Positions 39,137 through 52,725 of a stretch of DNA of 64,000 bases are shown here, one piece after another. The stretch is from Lytechinus pictus. Lineage: Eukaryota. The translations under genes were made by a program, and so were the position numbers. A model generated the notes under the pieces. The model searched no databases, was not told where the DNA came from, and saw only the letters and a list, made by a program, of their open reading frames with translations. Positions within the stretch are counted from its first letter, which is position 1; each line of letters starts with the position of its first letter. The stretch spans positions 18,600,001 through 18,664,000 of the forward strand of contig NC_087260.1 in NCBI RefSeq assembly GCF_037042905.1. Direction: 5' to 3'.

Positions 39137-39700
39137 TTTCGAGCTCAATTTAGGCACAAGTGGGTGATAATGATCTTGATTAATTTCCCAGCGATGGTGT
39201 TCCTATTACCTTAAAGTGCATCGTATGCCTCTTATGCGTGGATCGGGAGACTCGGGCACTGTAGTGATGCGTAGAAGCGACTCGAGCAGCAGAACCAAAT
39301 CCAAAAAGACTATTGATGAAATCCGCAGTTGTTTCTGTCAATATCTTCCACCCTTTTACGGGAACACCGATCGAAACTTCCTCCTCATTTGTTAATTAAA
39401 TGCGCCCGGTCGGCCGACCTGGAACTGTGCTCCGGCACAGAGGAGACGAGGCAAAACAGAGGTATTTCTAACGACACTCAATTGGCCTGCACTGCGTGAA
39501 GCAAGCTTGACGCAGAGCTGTACTCATCTCCCAGTTCACGCGCCAAACGCTCGCCACAAAATGAAATGCATGCAGACGATCCGTTTTTGCTGTGCACGTG
39601 ATCGAAAGGGTTTGAGTGTCCTAGCGCGCCTGAACTAACCTCTCCCCCTATATCAACATAGCGGGTGTGAGCATAAACGACAGGTATCTTTCTCAATTAT
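39137..39700 (-). promoter_or_regulatory. CpG-rich 5' leader / proximal regulatory region of the neuroligin-like gene
   Basis: GC and CpG enrichment and no repeats next to the ATG. The TSS cannot be located. A pyrimidine tract plus AG at about 39420-39465 (minus) could instead be a splice acceptor for an upstream non-coding exon. Confidence 0.45.
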
Positions 39701-40372
39701 TCATCGTACCCCCCCCCCCCTCCTTCACCCTTTCTATTGTCGTGCTCAAGATAGTTTTCTGTCTCTGGTTCTATGCTACCTGTTAAGAGCATTCTGAAGA
39801 GATCACTGCAGTACAATTTGCTCTGATTCAAATTTCCCAGCTCTTTGGGAATAATTCTCATATCCTTTTGTAACACAAACAAAAGCCATATATTGAAACC
39901 ATATCTTCCATTTGTAAAAAGGCATTTCTTGTTACTGATATTTTTTTAGATATTTTTCAGCGAGTTGCTTATGCAGGCAAAGTGAGCAAGTCCACAATTC
40001 CTTAGATTACAATGAAGGAGATATATAAACAATAAAATGGGTATTAAAAAGAGTGTAGAAACGAACATAAGTAGAAGGAATCTCGTCATCATCTTCAAAA
40101 CAAGAAATTCTGTTTCAAAGATTTGCATTCGAGAGATAAGCTTTTAATACTACTGGTTTACGTTTCACAAGAAATTATCATACATGTGTAATTAGTATAC
40201 ACGTCATGTTTCAGCCGATCTTACGGTAAGGAGATAACCAGCATAGCAATAGAGTCACGTAAAACATTCATGTTCGTTTCAGATATACGGAGAGGCGTCG
40301 GGGGACTAGATGGAATTATACGAGCCATTAAACTAAAATTGGATCGATAATGTTTTGCTTTCTCTGTTATAG

Positions 40373-40482
40373 TGCTTCAGTCACACCGGGTAAGCCGACT
40401 GCAGATCGATCAAACTTAATACGTTAAAACCAATGGCATACTATCTGTCGGTTTGGAGACGTTTCGTTGGTGTGACTGCGCA
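40373..40482. mobile_element. Short MITE (CAGTCACACC family)
   Basis: TGCTTCAGTCACACC ... GGTGTGACTGCGCA|TTA. Confidence 0.6.
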
Positions 40483-40902
40483 TTATTTTGCGAAGGCTTG
40501 TACATTGATACAATTAACCCAATACGACTGTTGCTGTCATTTTTCATGTAGTGCGTACGATTATAAGCCCTTCACTTCTTTATGTTTCATGATAATTAGA
40601 ATCAATATGGCTTAAAAAGAAAACATGCAATGGGCGGAGTAAATGATCACTCATTGACTCGCGATACCTCTATCTGTTTATCTCCGTAATTTTCTTAATC
40701 TTATGCTTACTAACTTGAATGATATTTTAGAATATACAACTCATACACAACTCATTCTTGATGTCATGTAAACTCATGTTAAGCTTTATGAAAATTAAAA
40801 AGAACAATGCTGAAGACTATACTTGATAAATGAGTTGTGTCTTTAGACGTGGATGAGAGTGTATAAGTTCACTGAGGGCGCAATGTTTGTGACTGAAAGG
40901 AC

Positions 40903-41445
40903 CACAGTGTTACATTCACAGTGTCACACAGTGCAATCACAGTGTGACATAGTGTGTTCGCAGTGTCACACAGTGTATTCACAGTGTCACATTGTGTTTT
41001 CTCAGTGTCACAAAGTGTATACACAGTGTCATATAGTGTATTCACAGTACCACATTGTGTATTCACAGTGTCAAACAGTGAATCCACAGTGTGACATAGT
41101 GTATTCACTGTGTCACACAATGCATTCACAGTGTCACATAGTGTATTCACGGTGTCACATATTGTATTCACGGTGTCACACAGTGTGTTCACAGTGTCAC
41201 ATAGTGTATTCACTGTGTCACACAATGCATTCACAGTGTCACATAGTGTATTCACAGTGTCACATATTGTATTCACAGTATGACACAGTGTATTCTCAGT
41301 TTCACACAGTGTATTCGCAGTGTCACACGGTGTATTCTCAGTGTCACACAGTGTATTCACAGTCTGACACAGTCTATTTGCAGTGTCACCTAGTGTATTC
41401 ACAGTGTAACCTAGTGTATTTACAGTGTCACATAGTGCATTCGCA
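40903..41445. repeat. 21-bp minisatellite, about 26 units
   Basis: Unit CA(C/T)AGTGTATTCACAGTGTCA. It produces heptad-repeat ORFs on both strands. Confidence 0.95.
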
Positions 41446-42011
41446 CTAACCCTAGCCCTAACCTCATACTGATCTGATTCAATATATATACACTGAATGG
41501 GTTGTCTGCTTTATAAAACATATTCAGTCTCCAAATCTGGTTTAACCATTTGAAAATGATGCTCTTTTAACGAGCGTGCATTACCAGATATACAGCAACC
41601 AGCGGTTCTGCCAGATTATGCCTCTATTACATCATCATAACGTTGAATGCACTTGCATTCTGAGCGACGTTGACTTTGATATTTTGGCAACAAATTCAAT
41701 TTTTACTACGGTATTATGAAGAAACCATCCTGTATTAGACTCATTATTTTCATTCATAGCCCTAGTTCATCAAGGCCGTTTTTGTAGCTGTTTTTACCTT
41801 TTTTATATGAGGCTTCAAAAATATATTTATATAGGTATCGCAATTGTTAATTAGCTCAGCTCTTGCGTTTTTTACGATACCATAGGCCTACTATGGAATA
41901 GTTTACTAGATAGATAGCGCATAATAAATGCTTTATTTATTATTATTATTATTTTTTTTTTTTTTATTACTATTATTATTATGCACATAATCTGTAAATG
42001 TGTACCGTTAT

Positions 42012-42420
42012 CAGTGCTTCCACTCTTCCCGAAATCCAGGAAATTCCGTGAAGTTTTGCTATTTTCCAAGATCATTTCGGGAAGTAAGAAATTCCGGGAA
42101 GTTTTCCAAGAAGTTATAATTTCCAGGAATGATATTATTTTCTGAATCTCAAAATTGGATCTTTGTAATGAAAATGTCAAAATTTTGGCTCGCTCGTTTT
42201 ACCCGATACGTCTTTGGTCATATTTCGCATTTCACCCCTTCAAAACTTTCGGCTCATTTACGACACTGGGCCCTATATTTCTTCTTTTTTTTTATAGAAG
42301 AGAGAAGTATAACATCTTTTGAAAGATTGGAGAACATTTGTACAATTCCGAGATATTTTGTAAAATTCCAACAACTTTCAGAGTAAATTCCAGGTTTCGT
42401 TTTGAAAAGTGGAAGCACAG
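42012..42420. mobile_element. hAT-type non-autonomous element with 8-bp TSD ACCGTTAT
   Basis: ACCGTTAT|CAGTGCTTCCACT ... AGTGGAAGCACAG|ACCGTTAT. Subterminal TTCCAGG/TTCCGG repeats. Confidence 0.92.
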
Positions 42421-43069
42421 ACCGTTATGTTCAGCGAATCCGACAGAGATGAAATTAGTTTTCGAGCAACGTGAATCTAGGCACAGCTCATGTGTCCATC
42501 ATTGTTGATTATTCTGAACGCCCATTTATTATGTCATCTATAATGTATCCAAAATCAAATTACTCCCGATATAAATATCTGTTAATAATCACAAAAAGTC
42601 GCCTGAAAACTAGACTCCTCATCACTGGCGTACCTAGGATTTCCCCCTTAGGTACGCTAATGCTCCTCATCTTCAAGAGTGCAAAATTGTAGTGTGCTTT
42701 GGCTATGGCTTACAGGTCATCATTATGCGCAGAAGACCGGACAGCTTGCGGGCATTAAATCGACATTAATAAGATCAATTTCCCAAATGATTAGTCCTCT
42801 AAATTAGTACGAATGGCACACAGTAATATGCAGTATGCTATAGCTTAAGGCTAACATCGTGGACTTGTTTCAAGTGATCTCGATCTTTATTGTTAAATTA
42901 CTAATGACCTGGAAGTCACGTGAGGTCACGAGTGGCATGCGAAGGGAATGGTTTGTAATTAGACTGAATGTCTGTGATAATGAACATTGTGCTGCAAGAC
43001 AAAATGCAAGTTTTAAAGGGACATCGTCTTCCTCGGGGTGTTTCACGAAAAAAGTAAAAGATTTTACCT

Positions 43070-43227
43070 CTACCCCGTTACATAAAAGTTACTATTATGG
43101 TAACTCCGCCATCCAATGGTAACCACCTTGGTATCAGTGCTCAACAGCGAGTCAAAATCCAGGACTCCATGAAAGATACCACTGGATGGCAAAGTTACCA
43201 TAATAGTAATGTTTATGCAACGGGGTC
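43070..43227. mobile_element. PIF/Harbinger-like MITE
   Basis: About 50-bp inverted arms ACCCCGTTACATAAAAGTTACTATTATGGTAACT / AGTTACCATAATAGTAATGTTTATGCAACGGGGT, followed by CTG. Confidence 0.8.
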
Positions 43228-46200
43228 CTGACAGGTGTTATAAGCTACTAAAAATCCTTGCATCTGATTGGCTGAGAGCAAATTAGACAATGAAACCCAC
43301 TGGCAAAAACCTCAAATGAATCGCTTACCGGGTGAAGATTACGAGGTGTTTTTTTTTTCAAATGTGAAATAGGCCTAGTTTAATCAAAATAGGTCTTCCT
43401 TTTCTTGTAGTTTTTATTCACCCCCCCCCCCAAAAAAAAAGGAAAATGCACACTTTAATCGAACAGGATTATTTCGTTGGGAGTGGAAAGGGACGACATG
43501 CTAGGTGTGTGATTTTTAGTAGGCCCAGGCTTTTTCTTGAAAGTTTATCTTATAGGGCCTGTATAAATATCATTTGTAAATGGAAACTAAAATGTTATGA
43601 GGCGAAAGGTAATCGTTTCGCTACTTCTTATCATAATTACCGTGATTATTGCGGTTTGGTATGAACGCAATTGAGTCGTGAATTGGGGTGTTGGGCCTGT
43701 TGGACACGCTAGCACGGTTGATCTGTCGCTATACCCTCGCGTCAAATCACGGTCGACCTCACCCGCGTCCGAGCAAAACATTTAATCTTTAATCACAGGA
43801 ACTATTTTGAAAATCATTTGGGCTTGTATTATAAGACTACGTTACTCAGAATGTTGCATTATGGGTTGGAATCCGGGCCAGATTTGAGTTCTTGGGGTGG
43901 TGCTTATAACAGGACTGCCGATTCGTATTGGCTTTAAAATGTCTTCGTCGTTCTACTCAGTAATTTTAAGGCTCCTCGAAGACATGTCGAGTCATGATTA
44001 TCATTGGAGTGAGACGAGTGTAATTAGACTGAATGTCACATAGTATATTATGGGTACGACTAGCATTCAGCATGTTCAGTGAACCCTATTCCATGACAAG
44101 TAGCCCCCCCCCCCCCTCCCTCCCCACCCCTCCCACTCACCCCACCCCTTTTCTCTTCTTCTCTTCTTCGTATCAGATTTATCTTGGCAGAGGCGGACTG
44201 TTTCCCAACACGTTTTGAGATCAAATTAATTACTTCTGGAATTCAGATAGCCGATTGCATGCCCTTGCCGAAAGATGTTAGGGAATGGTTCAGGAGAAGG
44301 GAATATATGCAATGGTTGATCGGATCTCGAAATTGGTTCCAAGAAAATTGCTATTGACTGCAAGTCATTGTAGGTCCATTTGTTTATTCATTCATTTATT
44401 TCTTCATTTATTTGTTTTTTTGTTTATTCATTCACTTATTTCATTCATTCCCTTATTTATTTGTTTATTTATTTATTTATTCATTTATTTTCTTACCTGA
44501 TTACTTAAAAAACAGGGAAGCCCAATATATTGGTCTCCCATGGGGCCCTATGACAATGTATATAGCAAAATATTACTTTAAAGTAAAGATGGCAAGTAAA
44601 CAAAAAATCCATATATTTTCATACGTAATCACAAATCATTGTAAATTTGCAATTCGAATACAATTTTTTTTCCAAAAGAAAAAATATGATACAAAACGAT
44701 AACATATCACATTCAATAATATAACTGAAAATTAACATATCAAGAAATGTACAAATACATAATATACTCGGAGATATTTCCAATAACAATACATAAAGAG
44801 ATAAATTAGTATGATAGATTTCTGGTCTGCTTCGTGCAACAGAAAGTATTTGCGTTAGTTTGAATCGATCCATCATTAATTGAAAATCGATTATATGACT
44901 CGGCCAGTGGCCGAAACGATTATCTCTTGATCAGTGCAATATAACCCCCCCCCCCCAAAAAAAAAAGGGGGGGTTTCTATAGAACTAATAAATTTGTGTC
45001 AATTTGAACGTATTTTGAGGGAAATCATCGAAATTGATGCGAAAAAATCGTTACACATCTAACGAAGATAGCAATGACGATTGCGACGTCACTGGAGTTA
45101 GGCTGCCGCATTTTAACATTCGGAAAAGAACGGTCAATGTCCTGCGATTTGCATGTGAGCATAGTAGTACACCGGCAGTATACACACCATTGTGTGTGTA
45201 TATCGGATCCAATTTCAAGGAGATAGAGCTTGGTGTGATACACACTGCGCAGCATGACTGACCAAGACTAACAGGACTTTGCATCGGTGACAGATTGGCC
45301 GGAGATCGGAGGCTGGCAAACGGAAATCTAAATAATGAATATATGCCTTGGCCTAATACCGGAGAATAGTTAAGGGTAATTTATTACTGTTGTTAATGTG
45401 AGGAATGACAATTTTATTTATAAGATGTCAGTCAAAGTCAATTAAACCACAGCCGCATTGAAATAACATCAGTTTGGGTCACGGAGGAGGGGAGGCAAGA
45501 CACGTAAAGAAAACATGAAGAAAGACCAGAAACTCAAAAGCGAGATAACGAAGCAGTCAAGGGCGGAAAAAAGGTTATCACCCAAAATGTCACCCAAAAT
45601 ACATGTTTTATTTCGATGTTGAATGATATATTTCTTTCCATCATAAAAGACCAAAAATAGTAGGGGACATTTCATATTGTGCCCCCCCCCACACTATTTT
45701 GGGTAGGGGACGCCCCCCCCCCCTTGTCCCCCCTGGGATTTCCGCCCATGGAAGCAGTTGAACTTGTCATGGGAGTACTTATGCATGTTCATCAGCGAAG
45801 CTGAAGGATTTCGATTTCGATTTCTTTGGCGGTAGTCTCACACTTTTCAAGGTTATATAATTTGCTACCATGTACTCAGGTGACAAACGGTTTTTTATCA
45901 AAAATTGTCGTAACTGAATGGCGAAGTGAAATTGTATTATGTTCTCCTTTTTTGTTGTTGATTGATTGCATTATGTTGACCAGTACAGTCGATTGCAAGA
46001 TCAATCTTATGATAAAATTACAAATTCTTATCCTTAGGGTTAACGTATTTCAAGAATTAGTAATCCGTTTCATGAATCTCTTAATGTGGCCTTGAAATTT
46101 AAAACATTCTCATGAAACCATATTGACCTTTATAAGTCAATACAGTATGTTGTCTTTAGGGCTTATATTAAGTGCAAACCTTTTTATTGTTTGGTTTATG

Positions 46201-46279
46201 ATTGATATCAGACAATAATAGATTATACACCTGAAGGCAGCTATTACTCGGGTTACTCCGAATCTTTGACATTTTATTA

Positions 46280-46775
46280 CTCCTTTTCTTCTTTTTTTTC
46301 CTGCTATTTTTCTTCCTTCTCTGTTTTCTCCTCCTCCTCCTTTTTCTTCTTATTATTATTCGTCTTCCTCTCCTCCTCCTCCTCCTCCTCCTCCTCTTTT
46401 TCTTCTTCTTCTTCTGTACGATCAATCGACCGTTGTTTCACTAGCCCTCAGGATCCTATTAACAGTTTGAGAATATTTGAAAAACAAGTAAACGACTATC
46501 TGATTGGCTCATTGAGATTTTTTTTTTTTATGCGTATATACTATGTAACAATGATTTGGATTGGCCATAGTCATGTGATTGCCTGTGACTCTTATTGTTA
46601 TGGATTATCTTCTTTCTCTATTTCCCCTTACGTATACAGGTCAGTTCCCTCTCTCTCCTCCTCCTCTTCCTCCTCCTCCCCCTCCTCCCTCCCTCTCTCC
46701 TCCCCCTCCCATCCTCATCCATCCCTTCCCTCTCTCCCATCCTCCCTTCTCTCCCTCTCCCTTCCCCTCTCTTCT
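46280..46775. repeat. Two (CCT/TTC)-rich low-complexity tracts
   Basis: Directly visible at 46280-46415 and 46645-46775. Confidence 0.85.
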
Positions 46776-47330
46776 TAAAAGGACATCGCCTACAGGACAG
46801 AGCGATTAAAAGCACATCAATCATTGCTCTATCACGCCATTGTGACATCACAAAGCGACAAGCTCATAAGCCGTGACATCAGCATACTCATCAATCACAC
46901 TGCCAAGGAATATACACATTAAGCAGTTCAAAAATAGACCTAAATGCAATGATTTTTTCTTTGTACACAACACCTTGGTCCAGGCCTTATATGGAAAAGA
47001 AAAATTCGTATAAAAGGTTGCCCTGACGTTTGCAATGACGTTCAACTTTTAACAAGAGAACAGCGTACATCTATAAAGAAGAATTACTGTATAAACAGAA
47101 GGTATACATTTACATTCAGAGGTGGTCCAACGAGGGGGGTTGGTGCTAGTCCCCCCCCCCCCCTGAATTATCAAGTACTAAACTAAAAAAAAATAGGAAA
47201 AAGGAGGAAGGAGGAAGAGTATATAAGGAGAGGAAAAGAGGAAGGCTGTGTATTTGCCCGTCCCTGTACCTTTAGTTTAGGTCGACTCCCCTCCCCTACC
47301 CCTACCCCTCAACGTATCATTTTATCTGTT

Positions 47331-47612
47331 GGGGCGTCGTGGTCTAGTGGTTACGATTCTCTTCTCTCAGTCAGAGGGACGTGGGTTTGAATCCCAGCCA
47401 TGGCGTGTTTTCCTTTAGCAAGCAATGTACCCACGTTGTGCTGCACTCAACCCAGGTGAGGTGAATGGGTACCCGGCAGGATTAATTTCTCGAATGCTCT
47501 GAGTGCTGGAAGGCTGCTTGAGCTAAAGCTGGGGTAATATTAATAATTATAATAGTGCGCCTCGGAATAGATTATTTCTAGATATACATGGCGCAATATA
47601 AATGCCTATTAT
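47331..47612 (+). mobile_element. Near full-length tRNA-derived SINE
   Basis: A box TGGTCTAGTGG (47340-47350) and B box GGTTTGAATCC (47384-47394). Central CACTCAACCCAGGTG..AATGGGTACC domain. LINE-like tail GGCGCAATATAAATGCCTATTATT. Confidence 0.88.
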
Positions 47613-48215
47613 TTTTTTAACATCAGGAGGAAGTCCAGAAGAAGTACATCCTGGGAATGAATTAATTTGACATATAGTATCAATGATAACGATAGAAAAT
47701 GATAATTTGGTTTAAAACCACTTACCACATCAGGAGACTGTTTCTACCCGCTTTACAGATATATCATTATTCCTTTTCGTTTGATTGGCTTGCTCACGCA
47801 TAAAATCTTTGGACTTTCTCAAATTCCTCGCATAAAAGATACCAATATTATCGAAAGTAATTACTACTGACCTCCCCCCCCCCCTTCCCTTTTAGAACTC
47901 TTTACTTACCATAAAAATGGTCCACGGTAATAAAATATTTCTCCTTCTTGCATGATAATCGCAATATTTACAATTTTTACAAATCAAAAGCAAACAATTT
48001 TCCTCCAGATTTTAATTACCTTGCCCTTTTATATTTTTCCGTCAATATCCGTCTTTGAAAATATTTTCTGTGATCAATGGTTAGATGTTTTGCTTGAGCA
48101 CCAATGAGCATGATTACGAGGTCGACTCGACTGTGATTTGACGCGAGGGCATAGCGGCAGATCAACCGTACTATGGCGTGTCTAATTTGCAAAATCATGC
48201 AAGCAAAATTGACAA

Positions 48216-48328
48216 AGGGTGCAGTCACACCTACGGAACCGACTCCAAACCGACCGATGGTCTGTCATTGGTAATAACGTAATAGCTTGGGTCGGTCTGG
48301 GGTCGGTTTGGCCGGTGTGACAGCGGCA
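48216..48328. mobile_element. Short MITE (CAGTCACACC family)
   Basis: GCAGTCACACCTACGGAACCGACTCCAAACCGACC ... GGTCGGTTTGGCCGGTGTGACAGC. Inverted relative to the copy at 16634. Confidence 0.65.
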
Positions 48329-49171
48329 CTTTCCATCGAAACGAGAATGATGTTGATACTTTATGTAGAAATATTATATAATGAGTGAGAGGTATAGAGA
48401 TGTAAATGGGGAATCGTGAATAATTTAAATTCATATTTCATTCCTCAAATCGGCAACGTTGGGATTTTCATTTCACTGCTTCACATTAAAGAATACGAGA
48501 ATATGTGAATTTAAAAATTGAAAAATTCGTGGCAAAACCGGTGATTTCGACACTTTCACCATGTCCATTACATTACTTATCTAAGGACGTAGTCATTCCC
48601 AAAATGAATGATGTGACATTTTCATTGCTACATTGAAAACATGCAAATGGGATGAAATGTGAATATAGAGATTAATAATAAGGGTATTTCCAAACGGATA
48701 AATTAGAGCGCACAGAAATTCGCTCGCCTATAAGCGAGTATACTACAGAACTTTCTGATAATCAAAAAATGAAGGGGGGGTTACGGTTCTTATCGTCCCC
48801 ATCCATTACAAAAGAACGCAATCAATCTCATAAATGCATTTATGACAAGCGAGAACAAAATATTACTTCAAGAGTATATTGTATGCACTTCTCAACATAA
48901 AAGAAAGGTTGTTTTTTTCAAATAAAGGGACACTCGCCCAGTGTGCCCATTCCCTTCTCGAGGATTGCGTCTGGCTATGAATGTGAAATACAACCATTGA
49001 CGCCAGAGATAAACAAACTCATGAACTCTGTAGCATTTGAAGCAGTTATTTGCAAATTAGCATTCTGACGTGACGAGAATGGCTCTAGGAAAGGCTGTGA
49101 GAGGAAAAGGCTTAAGGATGTGTTACAAAATAAAGGGACGGAACTAGCTGGGGCAGCTAATAACATTAGAC

Positions 49172-50065
49172 CAGAGGCGGCGGAGCGAAGTTGAAGGTGG
49201 GGTGCACAGGGAAAAAGGGCACCTTTTCTTTCGATAAAAACAAAGGAAAAAATGACTTATCTACAGTGGTGTAATGAGCCAACAATTTTGAGGGGCTAGA
49301 TATATCATATCACGTAAAATTTATAAGCTTCGAGCGAGCGAAGAGAGCGAGCAAAATTTTGACGTTTTTAAAACGAAAATCCAATTTGATGATAGATTTT
49401 GACGTAATATTTAAAAAAAATATCATATTTCACCCTTCTTTTTTTCCTTTTCTCTTTTTTTTCTTGGTCGTGAAAAGTCCCCCCCCCCCCTGTATGCCAC
49501 TGCTTTTTTTCCTTCATAAGAAGTAACATATAAAAATTAGAATATTGTTTTCTTATTTCAAAAGGGAACTCTTTAACACATAAAACAGGTCCTTCTCAGG
49601 TGAGAGGGGCACAGAACACGTTCGTGAGGGATACTTATCTTGGGTAAAAAGGGGCACTGATATGAGAAAGGGTGTCTATACGAAGGCAAAGGGGCACTCG
49701 CTAACGACATAAAACGAGTCCTTATCAGGTGAAAGGGGCACAGAACACGTTCGTGAGGGGGCATTTTTTTTTTAAGATTGGCACTGATTCGAGAAATGGC
49801 ACTTGCTAATATATGAAACCGGTCCTTCTCATGTGAAAGGGGCACAGAACACGTTCAAGAGGGGGCATTTTTCGGTTTAAAAAAATGCACCTTTTACGAG
49901 ACAGGGCACTTGGTAACACCTAAAACTGGTCCTGAGATGAAAAGGGCACAATACATGTTCTTGAGGGGGCATTTTTCTTGCGTAAAAAGGACACTTTTTC
50001 AGTGCTTCAAAAAGTGGGGGTACTGTGCCCCCCCCCCCCCCGCCATCCCATGATCGCCGCCCCTG
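49172..50065. mobile_element. hAT-type non-autonomous element with 8-bp TSD CATTAGAC and an internal tandem array
   Basis: CATTAGAC|CAGAGGCGGCG ... CGCCGCCCCTG|CATTAGAC. Four units of about 105-130 bp at 49561-49990. Confidence 0.92.
49264..49502. mobile_element. Nested hAT-like MITE
   Basis: CAGTGGTGTA ... TATGCCACTG termini. The flanks CTTATCTA and CTTTTTTT only partly match. Confidence 0.6.
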
Positions 50066-51077
50066 CATTAGACATAACATTTACTTGATGTCAAAGCTAT
50101 CCGCGTAAAGGTGGTGTATCTATACCTATGTGGTTTCAGGGAAGGGTAACAGAAATTTATAAAATCACAAATGGAATTACTTCTTTATTATTATTATTAT
50201 TCTTTATTATCCCTATATTTTTTTCACATTCACGTTGTTAATCGTGAGGATATGATCATAAAAATCGACGGTTGATATAAAAGTATGAGACTATATCTTT
50301 TAAAGTTGCTGAACAGTTCATCGGTGAATATCCTGTGTTTTGTGCGGAAGGCTTCAAATTAGATTACATGGGTCTTATGTGACCCCCCCTCTGGAAAAAA
50401 TGAAGAAAATGATAAGATATGAATTAATGAATATAAATATATCAAGGAATGAATAAAAATAAGTAAATAAATAAATAAGGAAACAATAACAAGAAAAAAT
50501 AAATTGATCAATAAAAGGTAGTTGAATGAAATAGATTAATAACGAAAAAATAAATAAATAAAAGATAAAAGTTACATGCCCGATTATAAGGTGATAATTT
50601 CTTCTTTATTTTTGCCAAACGCGGGTTATTTATAGACGTTATACAAACAACTCATTCCAACATACGCCCCCAGGCAAGGGTTTCACGAAGAAATGGCATT
50701 AGTAAGAGAATGATATAAACAAGAAAAACAGACTCAACAATTTGGAAAGTGGTTTTGTGCATTGATGCTTAAAGCGTGGGAGAAATTAACCCCATCGGCC
50801 TCGGGGCCATTAATGAGTAGAATAGAACCTATAACATGTAAGGTCTATGGGTTTTAGGAGATCGCTATTTGTCGGGGCATTGCGATGAAAAGCATTCGTT
50901 ATGTTCCCATGGCCGTACGCAGCGGAGGTCAGGAGGCAGTTGCCCCTCTTCGCTTGAAAGGTAAAAAAATTAAGAGAAAATGAATGAATTAATATATTAA
51001 TTTATAAGATTAATTAATTAATTAATCAATTAATAATTAGTTAAACGATGACGGGAAATGAATAAGGAAAATATTTA

Positions 51078-51338
51078 TGATGATACTACTAACAAGAAGA
51101 ATGATGATGATAATGGGGATGATGATGATAATGACGATGGTGACGATGATGATTATGATGATGATGACGATGACGATAANNNNNNNNNNNNNNNNNNNNN
51201 NNNNNNNNNNNNNNNNNNNNNNNNNNNNNNNNNNNNNNNNNNNNNNNNNNNNNNNNNNNNNNNNNNNNNNNNNNNNNNNNNNNNNNNNNNNNNNNNNNNN
51301 NNNNNNNNNNNNNNNNNNNNNNNNNNNNNNNNNNNNNN
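51078..51338. repeat. (GAT)n microsatellite with gap 51180-51338
   Basis: Directly visible. Confidence 0.9.
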
Positions 51339-52115
51339 TTTATTGAAAATATTTACAAACTTGCGAGAAAAGTCTGCAACAAATTCTTCAAAATTGAAAT
51401 GCAAAAGAAAAAAAATGTAAATCGTGTTCGCTTCGCTCTCTCGCGTACTTAGTTTTGAACAGTATTTCTGCATACTTGCCCACTTGGAAAAAAAATCTGC
51501 GTATATATACTCCATCCGTGCGTCTTCATGTTGCTTCGGTAAACAATCATGCTGCTCTCAAAATTATAGTTGTACATTTTTTAGCTCGGTTGACATACGT
51601 GATGTCATGGATGTGAGGGCAAATGCTTTTATCACGCAGTCTATGGTAACACATGGTCCATTCATTATGTAAACATAGGGAATGTGTTTTTTTTTTGGGG
51701 GGGGGTAAATTTTCATCTCCCTATTTTGAGTACGGAGTTAGTGTATACCATATCAAACGTTAACCACCCCTATTTTTGTCTGTAAATGAAAATTTACCAA
51801 ACTAAATCATGTCATGCAATGAATTTTCTAAACTTAAAAACATGTTATTCCTTAGCAATGACTTCTTTTGTACAGTATATCATTTTCAAAAAGATATGGT
51901 GGAGTTAGAGTGCATTATTATTAGAACAAAATACTATACATGTAGAGCGGGGATCCAGGTCGTTTGTTTATAAGTGTCTTTGAAGATTATTTTAGTGTAT
52001 AGCGTACGTGGGGGTAGGGACAAGGCAAACAGAGGGATAATTTGCTATGCCCTTATTTTGAATTATTGCTCCGCCCCTGTGGGTACAGACAGGTTAAACG
52101 CTGATTGGTTTCCTA

Positions 52116-52367
52116 CACTGTAAAACATATTGGGTAAAATTTTAATCAGCACGAGGGTAATTATGTGTCAAACCAATTTTGGGCAGTATTTTACCCAACG
52201 CGGGAAGTATATTTTCCAGTGGTATTGAAAAAATAAGCAGCAATTACTTTAGAATAGGCAAAATCTTCATCACACTGGATGAAAAAAATGCCCAAAAGAA
52301 ATGCCAAATGTTGGTTGAACACATAATTACCCTTATGGATCATTTTTACCGAATATGTTTTAGAATG
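52116..52367. mobile_element. CACTG-ended MITE with TA flanks
   Basis: TA|CACTGTAAAACATATTGGGTAAAA...AGGGTAATTATGTG pairs with CACATAATTACCCT...TTTTACCGAATATGTTTTAGAATG|TA. Confidence 0.8.
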
Positions 52368-52384
52368 TACTTCAATTCGCCCTC

Positions 52385-52725
52385 TTTCCGTTTCGTCTTA
52401 AATCACATTGCCTTATCCAAGTTCATCTACAAACAGTTTGTCTATTCAATTTGTTAAAGTTTTCATTAAGCCCATTTATGATTTTGTCTAATTTCCCGTT
52501 AGGCCGCTCTACACATTTTTGTCTAGTATTGACTTGATCTAACCTAATTTAGACTATATAGTTACTCTTTGTGAACCAAAAAATTAATTTTACAAAGTAA
52601 AGAATAAGAAAACCAAGTTGAAACTAGCTAGACCAACTGGAATTGGACTAAGTGGCTTATTAGACCAAGATAAACCAAATGGTACTTATATCATATTCAT
52701 AGTAGACCAAATGAATATAAACTTG
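52385..52725. repeat. Decayed foldback-like repeat with TT(C/T)GTCTA units on the left and TAGACCAA units on the right
   Basis: Short sub-repeats switch orientation at about 52560. Confidence 0.5.

Noticed and set aside
39137-39157. GTG start of the 155-aa ORF and its terminal GK-stop
   Set aside because: The first in-frame ATG is at 39136, and the stop lies inside the intron after the GTAAGT donor.
40853-41449. 198-aa and 177-aa Cys/His heptad ORFs on opposite strands
   Set aside because: A by-product of a 21-bp tandem unit lacking stops. No signal peptide, splice context or unique domain.
47331-47405. tRNA gene
   Set aside because: A and B boxes are present, but it continues into a SINE body and tail, and the cloverleaf is poor.
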